A stretch of 64,000 nt of DNA, from assembly GCF_009931435.1 (NCBI RefSeq), contig NZ_CP043414.1. One strand, written 5' to 3'. The first letter of the stretch is position 1; each line of letters begins with the position of its first letter. The DNA is from Escherichia coli (GTDB taxonomy: Bacteria; Pseudomonadota; Gammaproteobacteria; Enterobacterales; Enterobacteriaceae). Below the pieces are notes generated by a model that ran no database searches, had not been told where the DNA came from, and saw only the letters and a list, made by a program, of their open reading frames with translations. Shown here in pieces: positions 60,140-64,000 of the stretch. The position numbers and the translations under genes were made by a program.

Positions 60140-62230
60140 TTACGCCTTCGAATCCCGCAACTTGCGACTCAGCCAAATCCCATGATGTGGTCGCTGACGC
60201 CATGCCATCGACGAAATGGTGTGCATGGTGTTCAGATGACCAATAACCCGCTGTAAATGCTGCTCCAGCGTACCTGCCGCGCCTTCGTGCGGCTGCATCT
60301 CCGGCGCATCCATGATATTGGCATCGCCAGAACTCCCCGGTTCGTCATATTCCAGTCGCTGCTGACAACGCTGAATGGCGATTTCACAAGACTGCAAATA
60401 TTCTTGCGCCAGTTCAGGTGGTAATGCCCGGTGTTCCCGTGCCAGCGTGGTCATGGCATTGATATGCTCAACAATAAACTGACTGTGCGTTACCCACAGT
60501 TTCATATCTGCCAGATAATGGCTGTTGAATGCCGGTTCCTGCATCGCCTGATTCAATGAGTTATACAGAGTGTTATGCGCCTGATTCACCCGCATTCGCT
60601 GCCAGGCCAGTGGCGTTGGTTGCGGATCTTCACTCAGAATCAAACGAATCGCTTCCTGATAGGCTTCTAAAGCGTCATGGGCGTTTTTACGCAATAACCC
60701 GCTCTGCCACTGCGGCCACAGCCAGACTGTTCCGCCGAAAGCAATCAAACAACCAATAATGGTGTCGATAAGACGCGGAAGGATGTACTGCTCACCGTTC
60801 AGCCACAACAGTTGCAGGGTATATACTGCGGTAATGGTAAAACCGACCGTCGCCCAGCCGTAGTTTTTGCGCAATATCAGGTAGCTGGCGAGGGTGGTAA
60901 TCAGCATCAAGGTCAGGGTGTAACCTTCGGGAATTTTAAAGTGCAGCGCCACGCCCGCAATGATTAACCCGACCACGGTTCCCACGGAGCGATTCACAAT
61001 CCTCAGACGGGTTGCGCCATAGCCATTTTGCGTTACCAGCAATACTGTCATCAGGATCCAGTACGACTTCGGCAGATGCAGCGCGGTGCCCATCAGGCTG
61101 GCAACGCTTAACATCACACTGAGTCGTCCAGCATTGCGTAGCGCTGGAGATTTCAGTGACAGATAACTTTTTAGCGCCGGCAGTAACGGCATTCGCCGCT
61201 GTTTATCGGCCAGTAAATCACGGGCATAGAGCGGTTTTTGGGTGCGTAGTACACGAGCGATGCGGCTGAAGTGCCAATAGCAGAATTGCCCAACAGGATT
61301 ATCCGGATGCTGGCGGGCGATTTTTTCCAGTGCGCCAATTTGTTTTTCCATCGTAAAGCGCGTCGGCAGGCGATGGTAAAGAATGTCATCAGCCAGCACG
61401 CGCAGGCGAGTGGCGACAGTTTGCGCATTCCAGCGGATAACTTCTTCTGCATGGCTACGCTCGACCAGCTTTTGCACCTCTTCCGGCTGATGCAAACTGA
61501 CCGAAATATGTTCCTGCAAATCCAGCGCCTCCTGGAAAATACGCAGCATCCGCTTGTAATCGGTATTATTTTGCGCGGAAAGCATATGCATTTGCTGATA
61601 GCACTGGGTAATTAAATCGACCGCTTTTTGCTGGCGCACCAGCAGCGGCGGCAGCGCTTTTTCAGGGTCGGTGTGCTGGGTAAGCAGGCTGTATTTAGCT
61701 TCGCAATAATCTGCCAGTTCACGGTACAGCAGACTTAGTGACTCGCGCAGCGGTTGTTCGCGCCAGATCCAGAACCAAAACCAGTTAAACAATCCGTACC
61801 AGAGAGTGCCCAACGCATAGATGAGCAACGGTTCCCAGACTGGCATGTATCCCGCCAGACTGAGGGTAAAAATGGCGGCGAGCAGCGATGCGGGAAGCAA
61901 TTTTGCGTGCAATGGCCCCAGCTCAGCAGTGACGCCAAGTACCAGCGTTAGTCCAGTCAGCAAAAAGGGCAAGGGAACATCTTTTGCCAGTAACAGCTGT
62001 GTCAGCAAGCTACAGGTGGCAAACAGCGACGCACCAATGATTAAGCGTTTGAAAAAACGTTTATGAGGCGTATCAAGGCCCGCAATATTGCAACAAGCAG
62101 GAACGAGGGAGAAGAGCAGACCGAATCGTAATTCGCCAAGCATTAACCCAACGGCCACGGGCAAACATAGCACTAGCGTTTGTCGTAGTGCATAGTTGAT
62201 ATCGGGGTGATAAATCAGTCTGCGCCACAT
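60140..62230 (-). CDS. yhfK: inner membrane protein YhfK (FUSC-like)
   Basis: Large membrane protein; ATG start at 62230 (MWRRLIYHP); ORF track begins 4 codons upstream at a TTG. Confidence 0.85.
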   Translation of the reverse strand: MWRRLIYHPDINYALRQTLVLCLPVAVGLMLGELRFGLLFSLVPACCNIAGLDTPHKRFFKRLIIGASLFATCSLLTQLLLAKDVPLPFLLTGLTLVLGVTAELGPLHAKLLPASLLAAIFTLSLAGYMPVWEPLLIYALGTLWYGLFNWFWFWIWREQPLRESLSLLYRELADYCEAKYSLLTQHTDPEKALPPLLVRQQKAVDLITQCYQQMHMLSAQNNTDYKRMLRIFQEALDLQEHISVSLHQPEEVQKLVERSHAEEVIRWNAQTVATRLRVLADDILYHRLPTRFTMEKQIGALEKIARQHPDNPVGQFCYWHFSRIARVLRTQKPLYARDLLADKQRRMPLLPALKSYLSLKSPALRNAGRLSVMLSVASLMGTALHLPKSYWILMTVLLVTQNGYGATRLRIVNRSVGTVVGLIIAGVALHFKIPEGYTLTLMLITTLASYLILRKNYGWATVGFTITAVYTLQLLWLNGEQYILPRLIDTIIGCLIAFGGTVWLWPQWQSGLLRKNAHDALEAYQEAIRLILSEDPQPTPLAWQRMRVNQAHNTLYNSLNQAMQEPAFNSHYLADMKLWVTHSQFIVEHINAMTTLAREHRALPPELAQEYLQSCEIAIQRCQQRLEYDEPGSSGDANIMDAPEMQPHEGAAGTLEQHLQRVIGHLNTMHTISSMAWRQRPHHGIWLSRKLRDSKA

Positions 62231-62280
62231 CGGGGGAAACAAAATGGCGCGCTACTCAGTAACGCGCCACTCCGACGGGA

Positions 62281-62913
62281 TTAACGAGTGCCGTAAACGA
62301 CGATGGTTTTACCGTGTGCGGAGATCAGGTTCTGATCTTCCAGCATCTTCAGAATGCGTCCCACGGTTTCACGAGAACAGCCGACAATCTGACCGATTTC
62401 CTGACGGGTAATTTTGATTTGCATACCGTCCGGGTGAGTCATGGCATCCGGTTGTTTTGCCAGGTTCAGCAGAGTCTGTGCAATGCGGCCCGTCACGTCG
62501 AGGAACGCCAGGTTGCCCACTTTCTCTGAAGTGACTTGCAGACGACGCGCCATCTGTGCAGACAGACGCATCAGAATGTCCGGGTTTACCTGAATCAATT
62601 GGCGAAATTTTTTGTACGAAATTTCAGCCACTTCACAGGCGGTTTTCGCACGTACCCATGCGCTACGTTCCTGGCCCTCTTCAAACAGGCCCAGTTCGCC
62701 AATAAAATCACCCTGATTCAGATAGGAGAGGATCATTTCTTTACCCTCTTCGTCTTTGATCAGCACTGCCACAGAGCCTTTAACGATGTAGTACAGCGTT
62801 TCCGCTTTTTCACCCTGGTGAATAAGCGTGCTCTTGGATGGGTACTTATGAATGTGGCAATGAGACAAGAACCATTCGAGAGTCGGGTCTGTTTGCGGTT
62901 TGCCAAGCACCAT
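62281..62913 (-). CDS. crp: cAMP receptor protein
   Basis: 210 aa; cNMP-binding domain and HTH ([20 protein letters not shown]). Confidence 0.97.
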
Positions 62914-63214
62914 GCGCGGTTATCCTCTGTTATAAGCTTTCTCCAGAGCCAGATAACGCCGCTGTCTCTGGATTGCCGAAATATGCTTCCCGCTACCTGG
63001 GAAGGGGCTATCAACTGTACTGCACGGTAATGTGACGTCCTTTGCATACATGCAGTACATCAATGTATTACTGTAGCATCCTGACTGTTTTAGCATAGCT
63101 TTCGCTTTGTGTCTCCTGGTGTCTCGCTTCAGCATGACCCAGGTCGCCTTCCGTTGCGCGATTTGGTTAGTACGCGTACTCTGTCAGGAAAATTGACGCA
63201 GTGGAGTAGCAAAA

Positions 63215-63619
63215 ATGCAAGCGCGAGTGAAGTGGGTCGAAGGGTTAACTTTTCTGGGCGAATCCGCCTCTGGTCACCAGATTTTAATGGACGGCAACTC
63301 AGGCGATAAAGCGCCAAGTCCGATGGAAATGGTGTTGATGGCGGCGGGGGGCTGTAGCGCCATCGATGTGGTTTCTATCCTGCAAAAGGGGCGTCAGGAT
63401 GTGGTCGATTGTGAAGTAAAATTGACCTCTGAACGCCGCGAAGAGGCACCACGCCTGTTTACGCACATTAATCTGCATTTTATCGTCACCGGTCGCGACC
63501 TGAAAGACGCAGCGGTTTCGCGTGCGGTAGATCTCTCTGCCGAGAAATATTGTTCAGTGGCGTTGATGCTGGAAAAAGCGGTGAATATTACTCACTCGTA
63601 TGAAGTGGTTGCCGCGTGA
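63215..63619 (+). CDS. yhfA: OsmC-family protein YhfA
   Basis: 134 aa divergent from crp. Confidence 0.9.
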   Translation: MQARVKWVEGLTFLGESASGHQILMDGNSGDKAPSPMEMVLMAAGGCSAIDVVSILQKGRQDVVDCEVKLTSERREEAPRLFTHINLHFIVTGRDLKDAAVSRAVDLSAEKYCSVALMLEKAVNITHSYEVVAA

Positions 63620-63637
63620 TTTGATGTCAGGAGTACG

Positions 63638-63663
63638 ATGCCGGATAATTGTTTATCCGGCAT
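63638..63663. terminator. bidirectional hairpin between yhfA and prkB
   Basis: atgccggata attgtt tatccggcat. Confidence 0.6.
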
Positions 63664-63673
63664 ATTAGCAGAG

Positions 63674-64000
63674 TTACTCGATTTTCTTTCCTTCCATCAA
63701 TCGTTGCACCAGTGGCAGCATAATTAACTCCATTGCCAGACCCATTTTACCGCCCGGCACCACTAATGTATTGATGTGGGAAATGAATGAGCCCTGCAAC
63801 ATCGCCAGCAGCCAGGGGAAATCGATCCCTTCCAGATTACGAAAATGGATCACCACAAAGCTTTCATCCAGCGACGGGATAGCTTTTGCCGCGAACGGGT
63901 TTGAGGTGTCAACGGTGGGGACGCGCTGGAAGTTAAGATGGGTGCGGGAAAACTGCGGTGTGATGTAGTTGATATAGTCTTCCATTGAGCGCACTACTGA
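63674..64000 (-). CDS. prkB: phosphoribulokinase-like protein, 3' part only (N-terminus beyond window)
   Basis: C-terminal about 108 codons readable; frame continues to window edge. Confidence 0.8.
   Translation of the reverse strand, partial: SVVRSMEDYINYITPQFSRTHLNFQRVPTVDTSNPFAAKAIPSLDESFVVIHFRNLEGIDFPWLLAMLQGSFISHINTLVVPGGKMGLAMELIMLPLVQRLMEGKKIE

Overview
The window is a highly syntenic stretch of Escherichia coli-type chromosome, running malP to prkB in the reverse orientation of the K-12 reference, with about 57 protein-coding genes recognised from their translated sequences and no rRNA, tRNA or CRISPR array. Two differences from the K-12 gene order stand out, both judged from my memory of that order rather than from a database search. 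First, a roughly 2.6 kb, visibly AT-rich three-gene cassette (17190..19664) sits between the convergent envZ and pck genes, which I recall as directly adjacent in K-12. It is led by a 427-aa protein with an N-terminal SMI1/KNR4 (SUKH-1) domain fused to a helical-repeat C-terminus, then a 176-aa protein of unknown function and a 208-aa two-TM membrane protein. There is no toxin, integrase or transposase gene nearby. This is the best candidate for an undescribed system: an orphan immunity-like cassette or a novel accessory or defence module. Second, the frlABCDR fructoselysine operon is absent between yhfS and yhfL. All domain calls are by eye; GC content was not computed.
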